64,000 nt of DNA, taken from contig CAMAVK010000003.1 of NCBI GenBank assembly GCA_945861715.1, forward strand, positions 3,344 to 67,343, read 5' to 3'. The position numbers and the translations under genes were made by a program. Positions 29,185 through 38,773 of the stretch are shown piece after piece. The notes below the pieces were generated by a model. It did not search any database, was not told where the DNA came from, and saw only the letters and a program-made list of their open reading frames with translations. The DNA comes from Candidatus Woesearchaeota archaeon (lineage in GTDB: Archaea; Nanobdellota; Nanobdellia; Woesearchaeales; GW2011-AR9). Numbering within the stretch: position 1 is the first letter of the stretch; each line of letters opens with the position of its first letter.

Positions 29185-30777
29185 CTACTCTTCGATTGCC
29201 ATATTATCTGGCCACAAATTATCAGTTGGCAGAATTAACACACGTTCCTCCGTTGCATGCTCCTTCTTAGGTTGTGTATCCGTGTCAGTATCCAATGTAT
29301 TCATCGTATTCACCATAACAGATGACTGTGTAATAGGCAGTGTAGGTGCTACCTCACCCATTCCCCAAATTGCTCCAAGCAATAAGCCTAGCTTCTTTTT
29401 CCCCGATGTGTCCGCGGTCGTGTTTCCCGCCCCCTCATTCATCAACCATTCTCCTGTCTTTTGCGTATCTCGACCAAGGAGGTGCTTAAAATTTTCTGAA
29501 GTAGTATCATTAATAATGTTTATTCGTCGAAGTCCAAGATATTCCTTACCTGGAGTCGACTTATAATCGTACGTTGGTTTTGGGCTACCTTGTGTCCAAC
29601 ATAGCTCATAGTATTCCCCACAAATTGTGGTGTAGGTATCATTTGTTGCATGAAAGGGAAATACAAATGAGGGAGGAGTTTTTCGAGTGTTAAATGTGAT
29701 GTTGTTCTTTGCATGTAAGAGTTGCGCCCGGAAATCTGATTCATTTAAAGTAGTCATATCTGAATGTGTTTCACTATGTGCTTCAATACTCCAACCTTTA
29801 TCCGATAATTCTATAGTTTGATTCCAGTTCATATAATTCGGCGTCCCGTTAATACCACTGGCATAGTCTGTCACCACAGCTAAGGATCCAACAAATCCAT
29901 ATTGGTCCATAATCGGTTTTGCTTGAGTGTAGACAGAAAGCCAACCATCATCAAAAACTAAGATGACTGCTTTTTTGGGCATGGTATAGGTTCCTTTACG
30001 CCAATTCGCATAATGTCGCATGGTAACAGGTTTAAATCCATTTTCTTTGAGGTACTGCATTTGACTTTGAAATGATGTTGGTGTAACGGTAATCAATTCA
30101 TCATCCACATCCTCAATACGATGATACACTAGAACGGGAATTGACTGACCGAGTCCATTACCATACTCACTTTCGTTATACAATCGCAGGACTTGTTCAC
30201 TTGATAAATCCTCATTATATGTTGTAAACTCATCAACTCCACCCATAAATGATGTTTTAGCAGCCGTACCAAATTGCATGGGAATCGACGCGTTGTATAG
30301 TGAGCTCTGTGCAACGTCATCCATATCGCAACGTTTGCCGTTTCGATAGTACATAACCGTCGAACCATTGTACGTCGCAGTAATCATCGTCCACTCACCA
30401 TCTTGTCGAACACCACATGATCTATCTGTTGTTGAGGTGTAACTTGTTGTCGTAAGCCCATCTTGTGATAACAGTATTGAAATACTATTTTGACGAGTTG
30501 TTCGAATAAGAAAAGATCGCTGACCTGCTTTTGATTCATACTTACTAATTAACCCCGCACCCTCTACATATTGTGCTTGATTAATCCACATATTCCATGT
30601 AGCTCTTTGCAAACCAAGATTTGTTTTTGGTTCTTTTACTTGAATTTCTGAAGAACCATTGAGAAAAATCCATGGACTCGCTTCAACGTCTCCTGAACTA
30701 CTGATTACAAACATGGCTAAGACTAACACACATCCGAACGCAAGTCCAAATTGAGCCGTAAAGCGAGGAGATTCCAT
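29185..30777 (-). CDS. secreted LamG-domain + NodB polysaccharide deacetylase protein
   Basis: signal/TM, LamG (WTMITATY..YRNG..FMGGVDE), IPVLVYH, VFDDG, HSETH, FVFPF; start placed at ATG 30777. Confidence 0.85.
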   Translation of the reverse strand: MESPRFTAQFGLAFGCVLVLAMFVISSSGDVEASPWIFLNGSSEIQVKEPKTNLGLQRATWNMWINQAQYVEGAGLISKYESKAGQRSFLIRTTRQNSISILLSQDGLTTTSYTSTTDRSCGVRQDGEWTMITATYNGSTVMYYRNGKRCDMDDVAQSSLYNASIPMQFGTAAKTSFMGGVDEFTTYNEDLSSEQVLRLYNESEYGNGLGQSIPVLVYHRIEDVDDELITVTPTSFQSQMQYLKENGFKPVTMRHYANWRKGTYTMPKKAVILVFDDGWLSVYTQAKPIMDQYGFVGSLAVVTDYASGINGTPNYMNWNQTIELSDKGWSIEAHSETHSDMTTLNESDFRAQLLHAKNNITFNTRKTPPSFVFPFHATNDTYTTICGEYYELCWTQGSPKPTYDYKSTPGKEYLGLRRINIINDTTSENFKHLLGRDTQKTGEWLMNEGAGNTTADTSGKKKLGLLLGAIWGMGEVAPTLPITQSSVMVNTMNTLDTDTDTQPKKEHATEERVLILPTDNLWPDNMAIEE

Positions 30778-31009
30778 GGAATATAAATTGGGTAAAAACA
30801 CCTACTATCATCCCTACTACAACTCATAATAGACAAGAACTTGCTACTCACATGAAATTGATGCTAACTTATTACCAACCTGAGATAGAATAAGGATGCA
30901 TTCTACAATACTTATAGTTCTCCTATATGCACCCCCCTTTATCTATACACAAATGACTATCTTAATTTTTTTATTGCTAAACCTCTACTGAAAAACAACT
31001 CAAAGAGTA

Positions 31010-31108
31010 ATAAAGAAAAGGAACGCCAACACCCGGATTTGAACCGGGTGCAGTCACTAACGTTCCGCAGTTGCCTCTAGGCAACAATCCACAAGAAACA
31101 GGTTAGCT
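31010..31108 (-). repeat. tandem partial copy of the tRNA-Ser 3' half plus flank, with a 37-nt insertion
   Basis: 31010-31048 identical to 31133-31171; after insert 31049-31085 it matches the variable arm, anticodon 3' strand and last 4 intron nt. Confidence 0.85.
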
Positions 31109-31146
31109 ATGATACAAAGAGATTGAATGATTATAAAGAAAAGGAA

Positions 31147-31251
31147 CGCCAACACCCGGATTTGAACCGGGAATCCACAAGGGACAGGTTAGCTTCTTTT
31201 GCGTGATGCAAAATTCAAGACCTGCGCAGTACCGGATTGTGCCATGTTGGC
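31147..31251 (-). tRNA. tRNA-Ser(TGA) with 23-nt intron at 37/38 (31191-31213)
   Basis: GCCAACA/TGTTGGC acceptor stem, CAGGT/ACCTG anticodon stem, long variable arm, CCCGG TTCAAAT CCGGG T arm, G73. Confidence 0.93.
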
Positions 31252-31361
31252 GCGTAGTTTGTCCTCGTCATATTGATAACTCAATACAACCCCACATCGC
31301 ACTTTGGCACCTTCATTTTTATAAAGCTTTAGGTTTAAACGCCTCACAAAAGAAAAATAAC

Positions 31362-31748
31362 ATGGCTTACAACGTATTTACCATCGAAGAAATTGCAGAA
31401 ATGGCGGTTGATACCCGTCTCGAATTAATAAATAGGTCCGTAGATATGCGTCTGCTGGCAATATTACATAAACAACACTTTCCACTTCATCAAATTAGAG
31501 ATATTCTTCCTCAAATACTCCAAGATTTCCCACAGAATAATTCAACGATAGCAACATCATACCTTCAATTTATCATGGGCGGTGATGTAACGAGAGGACA
31601 ATATGAACATCATCCTCATTTCTATCTCACGCTTCCAAGAAACGTCATCGTTGATATCACTGCTGATCAATTTGGTGGCCCAGAAGTATTTGTCGGAAAA
31701 ATTCGCAGTCCTTGGCAAGACATGATAGGTCGTAAAGGCAATTGCTAA
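31362..31748 (+). CDS. hypothetical protein, transglutaminase/papain-like fold candidate
   Basis: PHFYL...IVDITADQF; start placed at ATG 31362 because the track ORF overlaps the tRNA. Confidence 0.55.
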   Translation: MAYNVFTIEEIAEMAVDTRLELINRSVDMRLLAILHKQHFPLHQIRDILPQILQDFPQNNSTIATSYLQFIMGGDVTRGQYEHHPHFYLTLPRNVIVDITADQFGGPEVFVGKIRSPWQDMIGRKGNC

Positions 31749-31817
31749 CTCCACAAAACATAACTTTATATACTGTATATGCCCATCCATTTTTCTACCA
31801 AAGCGGAGCTAAAACTA

Positions 31818-32618
31818 ATGGCAAAATACAAAGTTGACAAAAAAGAATTATCACATTTACTAGAAACATACGTTGCAAATCAAGAGGTACGTACCTTAAG
31901 TGCTGTTGTAGACGTACATCCACTGCAATACGCCGAACAAACAGAAAGTTTACTCCAAAGAGGAGAACAACTAGGCCAAACAGACCTTCGATTAATTGCG
32001 AGTAACTTGGGTACTCTTGGTGCTGCAGTGCTAAACACCTATGATCTTCAACCAACTGAGCTAAAAGAATTATATGGGGGTCTCGTAGCTGTAGTTGCAG
32101 CAGGTCATACTCGTGAATGGGGCGAATTACTTCAACAGGTTCACAAACAAGTCGTTGAGGACAACGGTAGCCTTACTTCATATCAGTTCATGCCGGAATT
32201 TTATCGAGCGATTTGTAAACCAAGCCTGAGTCAGATGACTTCTGATGCCGTAAAACATGCTATGGGCTATTTGAACTCAAAATCATCAGTTCGAAATACG
32301 AATAAAGCATCCTTGCTTCTATCTCATGAAGAATGTTTTGGGCCCAAAATTGATCATATCACTGAAGACGACATCACATCGGTTCTCACCACGCATCCCG
32401 ATGATGATGAAGCTGCGCAGCATCTTTGCACTCGCTATCGACTTGCTGGCCTTGGTAAAGTAACGGAGAGATCAAGAGCGATAAGTTTCCAGGTATCACC
32501 TCTTCCCGGCCGAGTCCAACCAATGGATGTACTCTTTCGTAATGGTGGAGTACCTTCAAGAATGCCTGCAGTAGCCGCAAAAGCAATGGATTATCTAGCA
32601 GGAAAGAGAAAAGCATAA
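31818..32618 (+). CDS. hypothetical protein
   Basis: GGAG SD before ATG 31818; long ORF. Confidence 0.65.
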   Translation: MAKYKVDKKELSHLLETYVANQEVRTLSAVVDVHPLQYAEQTESLLQRGEQLGQTDLRLIASNLGTLGAAVLNTYDLQPTELKELYGGLVAVVAAGHTREWGELLQQVHKQVVEDNGSLTSYQFMPEFYRAICKPSLSQMTSDAVKHAMGYLNSKSSVRNTNKASLLLSHEECFGPKIDHITEDDITSVLTTHPDDDEAAQHLCTRYRLAGLGKVTERSRAISFQVSPLPGRVQPMDVLFRNGGVPSRMPAVAAKAMDYLAGKRKA

Positions 32619-32626
32619 AGTTAAAC

Positions 32627-33424
32627 TTAAATGGAATTAATCTCACGCACAGAGTTGAGATAATACGATCTATTAAACATTCCGGGTGAACTTTCAATTT
32701 TTCGAGCCAATAAGCAGATATCATAAAGATCTTTGTTTACGTCGTAAACCGGGCTATGTGATTTCTCATCTGATGGGAAACTGTTTTGCATATCTGCAAT
32801 TTGGTTACACCATTCCTTCGTTGCAAGTGGAGCGAGATTTTTCCATAGCATTCTTTCCGCCTGTTGATATAGAGTTCCAAATAATGGGTTAGATTGAGCA
32901 CCAGCTTGAATTTTACCACGAACTCTTTTTACTTTGTGAGGAAGAATATCTTCAAGTCGTTTTACATACAAACCTGCAAATTCGCCTTGTTCATGAAAAA
33001 TTGCATTTTCAACCTCTCGTTGTGAAATATACCCTGTTTTTGCAAATAACTCGTCACTTAAGCAATCAAAGTGAATGAAGAACAATTGCTTTGCTTTATT
33101 ACCTTGACCATCCATCACTTTAACTTCATAGTTTGCTCTACTTTTCTTTAATTGTACTTGATAGCCACTTTTACGTATAGCCCGTAAAATTTTACCACCT
33201 TCCCCATCTTGGAATTGTTGGAAGGATTCAATTCTAGGGAGGTATAATAAATCTAAATCTGATGTGGATCTCAAGAGATCTTGGTCTTGATAACAGTGAA
33301 CTTGTATTGCCATACCACCCACAATAATTGGTGATGTGGTAGCGCTGTCTGTAGTGCAATCTTTTACTGCGGTGAAACTATCCTTTACAATCTTCTCAAG
33401 TGCATTAAAGTAGATTAAAACCAT
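32627..33424 (-). CDS. nucleotidyltransferase-fold protein (AbiEii/DUF6036-like)
   Basis: IIVGGMAIQVH...RSTSDLDLL, ...HK.KR, C-terminal KDLYD. Confidence 0.7.
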   Translation of the reverse strand: MVLIYFNALEKIVKDSFTAVKDCTTDSATTSPIIVGGMAIQVHCYQDQDLLRSTSDLDLLYLPRIESFQQFQDGEGGKILRAIRKSGYQVQLKKSRANYEVKVMDGQGNKAKQLFFIHFDCLSDELFAKTGYISQREVENAIFHEQGEFAGLYVKRLEDILPHKVKRVRGKIQAGAQSNPLFGTLYQQAERMLWKNLAPLATKEWCNQIADMQNSFPSDEKSHSPVYDVNKDLYDICLLARKIESSPGMFNRSYYLNSVREINSI

Positions 33425-33663
33425 TATACCTCATTCTATCTTTTCTATTTATAAATCTTTTGTTACTTATCAGTAACTACCTCGTCTCGCTCCACTTTCA
33501 ACTCTACTTCTAAAGGATAATCAAATTTAAAAAATTTTCTAGAAAGTGACACATAAATAATTGTCTATAACTCATTCAAGTCAAATAACATTACACTAAA
33601 AAATCAGAAAATACACGCTATCAACAAATAAATCGACAGAGAGAAAAGAATAAACTAAAAAAA

Positions 33664-33975
33664 CTAATTATCAACCATTTCTATCTCAATGTTCAGTCCT
33701 TCTGGAATAGGAACTCTCATAACGAGTCGTAGAGTTCGCTCATCAGCACCAAGCTCAATTAATCTTTTATGAACACGCATTTCATAACGTTCCCAAGAAG
33801 CCTTACCTTCTCCACATGGAGATTTACGCGTAGTTACTCTTAATTTTTTAGTAGGAAGTGGGATAGGTCCTCGCATATCTACACCGGTTTTTTCAGCAAT
33901 AGATTTAATATCAAAACAAATTTGATTAATCTTATCAATTTCAATACTTGCCAATTTGATTCGTGCGCGTGCCAT
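33664..33975 (-). CDS. rps10: 30S ribosomal protein S10
   Basis: ARIKL...GPIPLPTKKL...RKSPCGEG..WERYEMRVHKRLI. Confidence 0.96.
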   Translation of the reverse strand: MARARIKLASIEIDKINQICFDIKSIAEKTGVDMRGPIPLPTKKLRVTTRKSPCGEGKASWERYEMRVHKRLIELGADERTLRLVMRVPIPEGLNIEIEMVDN

Positions 33976-34179
33976 TGTTTTCCATCCCACATAGTAATAA
34001 TCATTCACTAAGCTAAGTAATATTTTTACTAACTTATTTATAAGCCTTTTGCTTGGGAATCTATATTATCTAACAAACATCTACGGTATATGCTCCTGCT
34101 TAATAGAAGTACTCAATTAGTGATCGCCCTATTCAATAGATTAATATATCCTTCAAAACATACATACCGTGGTGATATA

Positions 34180-34698
34180 ATGGCGAAATCAACAGCAACC
34201 AAATCAAAAAGAACAAAATCAACAAGAACCAAACCAGCAGCGAGATTAACAAAGAAAATAACACCAGTGCAAGGGTCATCAATAAAAATATCGGTAAAAA
34301 AGGACATCCCTATCCTCATAAAAGTACTTGCGGTAACCAACTTTATCGGCGCAGCAGCCAATATGGTTCTCGGTCTCATCTTCATTCTCGCAGCAGGGTT
34401 TATGGCAAACCTCCTTCAAGAGATTCCATTTATAGCAAAACTTGGATCAACATTATTCATCGGATTAGGGATCCTCTTATTTGCAATGGGAATACTCTCC
34501 TTCTTCATTGGTCGAGGACTATGGTTAGGTCAGAATTGGGCAAGAATCACCCTGATTGTTATGCATGTGTTAGGAGTTCCATTTGGTGTGTATAGCATCA
34601 TCATGGGCAACTATGTAAGCATAATCAGTCTCATGTTAAGTCTTTTAGTATTGGGATATTTAATCCTAAGTGAAGACGTAAAGAAAGCCTTCGCGTGA
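34180..34698 (+). CDS. membrane protein with basic N-terminus (DUF7144/DUF2127-like)
   Basis: GGTGAT SD; 4 TM helices; GLW.GQNWAR. Confidence 0.75.
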   Translation: MAKSTATKSKRTKSTRTKPAARLTKKITPVQGSSIKISVKKDIPILIKVLAVTNFIGAAANMVLGLIFILAAGFMANLLQEIPFIAKLGSTLFIGLGILLFAMGILSFFIGRGLWLGQNWARITLIVMHVLGVPFGVYSIIMGNYVSIISLMLSLLVLGYLILSEDVKKAFA

Positions 34699-34752
34699 AT
34701 AGTTGAGTCTATTTTTCTTTTAATTTTTTTTAATATCTTCTCCAAATATATT

Positions 34753-35520
34753 CTAACTTATCCGTCGAATGATATAACTTCTAAACCCCACTGCATGTAG
34801 TCCTTTAGTATTGTCAGTGACGTCATAAGAAGTGCACGTTTTTGGTGCAGGATCACGATGATACGGCTGTAAATTCACATACAACTCACCACCAGCTGCC
34901 AACATAGAAACTTGTTCATCTAGAGTTGATAGCGGTGGACCATGTGAATTAATCAACAAATCAAAATTATTCAACGCACAAGGAATAGAGCCTGACCCAA
35001 CAAAATATGAAATGGTACGTAGGTTCTCCTGTTGAGTAGCTTTGTCAATCATACCAACTGTTTCCAATTCAGTATGGCATGGAAACCATAAATCTCTCTC
35101 TTCAAACATACGAGCAAGACGAATTAAATCTCCATGTGCCATGGTATAACTAAAAATATCAACCACCACGGGGGCATCCTTAACAAATCCATTTCGATGT
35201 AATGAAGCGAGATCTAACGCAGCTTCAGAAAACCCATTCCCTAAAATTCCAATTTTACCATGCTCCTGTTTGTATCGGTTTGTAATTCCGGGTAGTGCAT
35301 GTTCTATCTCTTCAAACGGGCGTCTTGTAATGCCTAATCCCCCTAGTCCTCTTTTGTAGGCAACAGAAAAATCAATGGTAATCTCATTCGCATTATATAA
35401 CATAGTAAACACAACATCGCTCTTTGGTCTAAATTGAGAATTAATCTCTTTCCAATCTTGATATGTTGCGGGTCTCATTATTTTTTCTCTATCACTCAGC
35501 AAATTATTCGTATTCAGCAT
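34753..35520 (-). CDS. hypothetical protein, paralog of 35514..36266 (Rossmann/methyltransferase-like)
   Basis: shared GGLGITRR, ILGNGFS, LLINSHGPPLS.LDEQVS.L..GG.LY.NLQ. Confidence 0.7.
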   Translation of the reverse strand: MLNTNNLLSDREKIMRPATYQDWKEINSQFRPKSDVVFTMLYNANEITIDFSVAYKRGLGGLGITRRPFEEIEHALPGITNRYKQEHGKIGILGNGFSEAALDLASLHRNGFVKDAPVVVDIFSYTMAHGDLIRLARMFEERDLWFPCHTELETVGMIDKATQQENLRTISYFVGSGSIPCALNNFDLLINSHGPPLSTLDEQVSMLAAGGELYVNLQPYHRDPAPKTCTSYDVTDNTKGLHAVGFRSYIIRRIS

Positions 35521-36266
35521 GTACGCGTAATAATATAACTCTTAAATCTCTCTAGGTTCGTTGGCGGAGTGTTATCAACCACAGTAAAAAGATCACATGT
35601 CACGGGAATAGGATCATTATGGTAAAATTGTAAATTCGCATATAAATCTCCACCGGGGACTAAGAAGGAGACTTGCTCATCAAGAGATGAAAGTGGAGGA
35701 CCATGACTGTTTATGAGTAAGTTACAATCACCTGCTTCTGGTGGGGGATTTCCAGACCCCACACAATATTTCACCAATTTCAACTTTTCTTCATTAATTG
35801 AAGTAGCAATATCTCGCACCGTATTTAATGCAGAATACAAAGGAAAACACAGGCCTAACTTATTAAATGTAAGATGAAGGCGACGTAAATCAGAGTGCAA
35901 CGCAACATAATCAAATAAATCAATGAGGACGGGTACTTCTTGTAATGTTCCATCTTCATACTCTTTGGCTATTTCAAGAGCGAGAGATGACATTCCGTTG
36001 CCTAACATTCCAACTTTTCCTCGCTCCAGTTGTAGGCGGGATTGTAAGCCTGGAAGAACATATGAACCGATATTGGGTGATGATCTGCTTGTTATACCAA
36101 TTCCTCCCCTGGTCTGCTCAGAACCAGGAATTGGCGGGACCTCTAAGAAAACCACTATTCTCCCCCCTTTCTGAGTAAAAGAAAATTGTACCTCGCTCTC
36201 TGGTTGAAATATATTATGTAACTCTAAACAATCAATGTAATCTGCTTGTCTCATGGGAATTCTCAT
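35514..36266 (-). CDS. hypothetical protein, paralog of 34753..35520
   Basis: shared GGIGITSR, MLGNGMS, LLINSHGPPLSSLDEQVS. Confidence 0.7.
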   Translation of the reverse strand: MRIPMRQADYIDCLELHNIFQPESEVQFSFTQKGGRIVVFLEVPPIPGSEQTRGGIGITSRSSPNIGSYVLPGLQSRLQLERGKVGMLGNGMSSLALEIAKEYEDGTLQEVPVLIDLFDYVALHSDLRRLHLTFNKLGLCFPLYSALNTVRDIATSINEEKLKLVKYCVGSGNPPPEAGDCNLLINSHGPPLSSLDEQVSFLVPGGDLYANLQFYHNDPIPVTCDLFTVVDNTPPTNLERFKSYIITRTC

Positions 36267-36357
36267 AGTATACTATTCGAAATCAAACAACCAAGAAAAC
36301 CACTTATTTCGAAAAAATCACAATCTTAAAAATATAAAAAAAGAAAAAAAAGAAAAC

Positions 36358-37650
36358 TTACAAAACCTTAGGTACAATATCAATACACATACCAGCAGCT
36401 ACAGTAGCGCCAGAATCACGAATAGCGAATCTGGACATCTGTGGAATAACAGTATGCTTCTCAATAACTACTGGTTGAGTAGGTCGAAGTCGAACAACAG
36501 CTGCGTCTCCATTTCGAAGAACATCCTTATTCTCAGTAACTTCAGCACCAGTTGCTGGATTGAGCTTCTTTACAATCTCAATAAATTGACATGCAATCTG
36601 AGAGCAATGGATGTGGAATACTGGCGTGTATCCTACAGTTACAACCGTTGGATGGTTCATAATAACGATTTGTGCTGTAAACTCTTGAGCTACAGTTGGA
36701 ACGTTACTGGAATGACCAAGAACGTCACCACGAGCGATATCTTTCTTACCAAGACCTCGTACGTTAAACCCAATATTGTCACCAGGTTCAGCGGAAGGAA
36801 CGGTTTCGTGATGCATTTCAATAGTCTTAACTTCTCCTGAAATACCCTTACCTTCACGACCAGGAACAATAGTAACCTTATCGTTAATCTTCATAATACC
36901 AGTTTCAATACGTCCAACTGGAACTACACCAATACCGGTGATGTTGTATACATCTTGAATAGGTAATCGAAGAGGAAGATCAGTTGGTTTCTTTGGAACA
37001 TCAAACTTGTTAATAGCATCCAATAAAGTATCTCCAGTCCACCAAGGCATCTTCTCAGATTTCTTGTTCACGTTTTCACCAGGGAAAGACGCAAGAGGAA
37101 TAAAGCGTACCAAATCGGTTTTCCAACCAGCTTGTGCTGCATGCTTCTTAACATCTTCAATAACTTCTTTGTAGCGTGACTCTTTATAGTCTACTCCAGA
37201 GATATCCATCTTATTAACAGCAACAATTAATTGTCCTACACCAAAAATCTTGGATAAGCGAAGATGCTCGATAGTTTGAGCGTTAACTCCATCGTTAGCA
37301 GCAACAACAAGAACAGCACAATCAGCTTGTGAAGCTCCCGTAATCATATTCTTGATAAAGTCCCTGTGACCAGGAGCATCAATAATAGTGAAGTAGTACT
37401 TTTCAGTATCAAATCTCTTATGAGATAAATCGATAGTAACTCCTCTTTCTTGCTCTTCTTTAAGTGAATCCATAACGAACGCGAATTCAAAACCAGATTT
37501 ACCGAGCATTTGAGCCTTTTCCTTTAATTTACGCATGGTTTGTTCATCAATAGTACCACAGTTGAAAAGTAATCTACCTACAGTAGTTGACTTACCGTGA
37601 TCAACGTGACCAATGAAAACCAAGTTGATATGTTCTTTTGCTTTTGCCAT
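36358..37650 (-). CDS. tuf: translation elongation factor EF-1alpha
   Basis: [34 protein letters not shown]. Confidence 0.98.
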   Translation of the reverse strand: MAKAKEHINLVFIGHVDHGKSTTVGRLLFNCGTIDEQTMRKLKEKAQMLGKSGFEFAFVMDSLKEEQERGVTIDLSHKRFDTEKYYFTIIDAPGHRDFIKNMITGASQADCAVLVVAANDGVNAQTIEHLRLSKIFGVGQLIVAVNKMDISGVDYKESRYKEVIEDVKKHAAQAGWKTDLVRFIPLASFPGENVNKKSEKMPWWTGDTLLDAINKFDVPKKPTDLPLRLPIQDVYNITGIGVVPVGRIETGIMKINDKVTIVPGREGKGISGEVKTIEMHHETVPSAEPGDNIGFNVRGLGKKDIARGDVLGHSSNVPTVAQEFTAQIVIMNHPTVVTVGYTPVFHIHCSQIACQFIEIVKKLNPATGAEVTENKDVLRNGDAAVVRLRPTQPVVIEKHTVIPQMSRFAIRDSGATVAAGMCIDIVPKVL

Positions 37651-37803
37651 TATTGTTCCTCCATTTATAGTGGGATTTTATATGGAGTTGATGGTTTGAG
37701 AATTATTTATAAACATTTCGGTAGCATACGGCAAAAAAGAATAACCATCTCCCTATAATCTAAGAACTGAAACCTAAAATACCTTAGAAATTGAATCTAT
37801 TTA

Positions 37804-38451
37804 CTAATCTAATACTGTTTTCAAAACCTTTTGCTCTGCCTTACGAAGATGCGAGAGCACAACTGTTTTAGGAACTCCCAATACACGACACATCGTAGCC
37901 ACCGTAATCTTACGCGGCCATTCATAATATCCCAGATGCGAGGCAAACAAAAACATTTCCAACTGTTTCCACGTCAACTGTTCAAACATCACCTTTTTCT
38001 CAGGTGACAACTCAACAACACTAACAACTCGTACATTATACTTCTTCTTCAATGCTTGATACATTCGAGTCGCTGCAATTTTCGTGGGAGCACCAAACAT
38101 CCATCTTTCATACTTTTCCACAATACGAGTATGCGAAATTGGCGCCATTTTCTCTTCAATAGCAGTTGGTAAATTCCATAAACTTGAATACTGTGAAGTC
38201 ATCAACACTCTTAGACACATCTCCTCACCCTTTTTCCAAATCTGCTCCACTTTGAAAACTCCCTTACGCCCAGACAGAAACAGAACAATCTTCGAAAAAA
38301 GTAAACTCTCACCATGAACCATCACCAGAAGGGATTTCTTCTCCCGAACTACTTTAGACTCCACAAATGAAAAAGAGTGCTCTGGAAACTGTAACCCAAT
38401 CTCAGAACTCCAAAATCCGACGTGAAAAATATCAAAAGCAACCTTAAACAT
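37804..38451 (-). CDS. HTH-10 (Bat-like) transcription regulator
   Basis: LTWKQ.....A..LGYYEWPRKI.......LGV......HLRKAEQK. Confidence 0.85.
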   Translation of the reverse strand: MFKVAFDIFHVGFWSSEIGLQFPEHSFSFVESKVVREKKSLLVMVHGESLLFSKIVLFLSGRKGVFKVEQIWKKGEEMCLRVLMTSQYSSLWNLPTAIEEKMAPISHTRIVEKYERWMFGAPTKIAATRMYQALKKKYNVRVVSVVELSPEKKVMFEQLTWKQLEMFLFASHLGYYEWPRKITVATMCRVLGVPKTVVLSHLRKAEQKVLKTVLD

Positions 38452-38598
38452 ATAATAACTGAAACTACGAGCCTTAATAATTCTTTTCCCTACAATGATA
38501 TATCTCATCCTTCTATTCCACTGTCTTAACCATGACCCTCGAAATTCAAGAAGAGAAAAGGAAGTTTTATAAACTACTTATTGATTTTTTAACCTAGA

Positions 38599-38732
38599 GC
38601 ACCGGTAATATAACGGCTAGTATGTCGGCCTTCCATATTGCAATAAGTACAACTTGTTGTAATTGACGAGAGCCGATCATCCGGGAAACGCGCAGGACTG
38701 GGCGTTCGGAAGTTCGAATCCCGGCCGGTGCA
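38599..38732 (+). tRNA. tRNA-Gly(TCC) with two introns: 37/38 (38636-38670) and 53/54 (38686-38712)
   Basis: removing both inserts gives a full cloverleaf: GCACCGG/CCGGTGC, TCGGC/GCCGA, CCGGG TTCGAAT CCCGG; TTTTATAAA box upstream. Confidence 0.88.
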
Positions 38733-38773
38733 TTAGTTGCATGCGTGTCTGACTAGAGACGATGCATCCAGTC

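Noticed and set aside
31147..31251. tRNA with TGA anticodon as an opal suppressor or tRNA-Sec
   Set aside because: Anticodon TGA reads UCA (Ser); an opal decoder needs anticodon TCA. The structure is a normal tRNA-Ser.
31203..31361. N-terminal extension of track ORF 31203..31748
   Set aside because: It overlaps the tRNA-Ser gene and its promoter; ATG 31362 is the more plausible start.
36253..36840. 195-aa plus-strand ORF, and the many other ORFs antisense or out of frame to putA, polB2, the subtilases, elp3 and others
   Set aside because: They overlap well-supported genes and have no motifs or expression signals.
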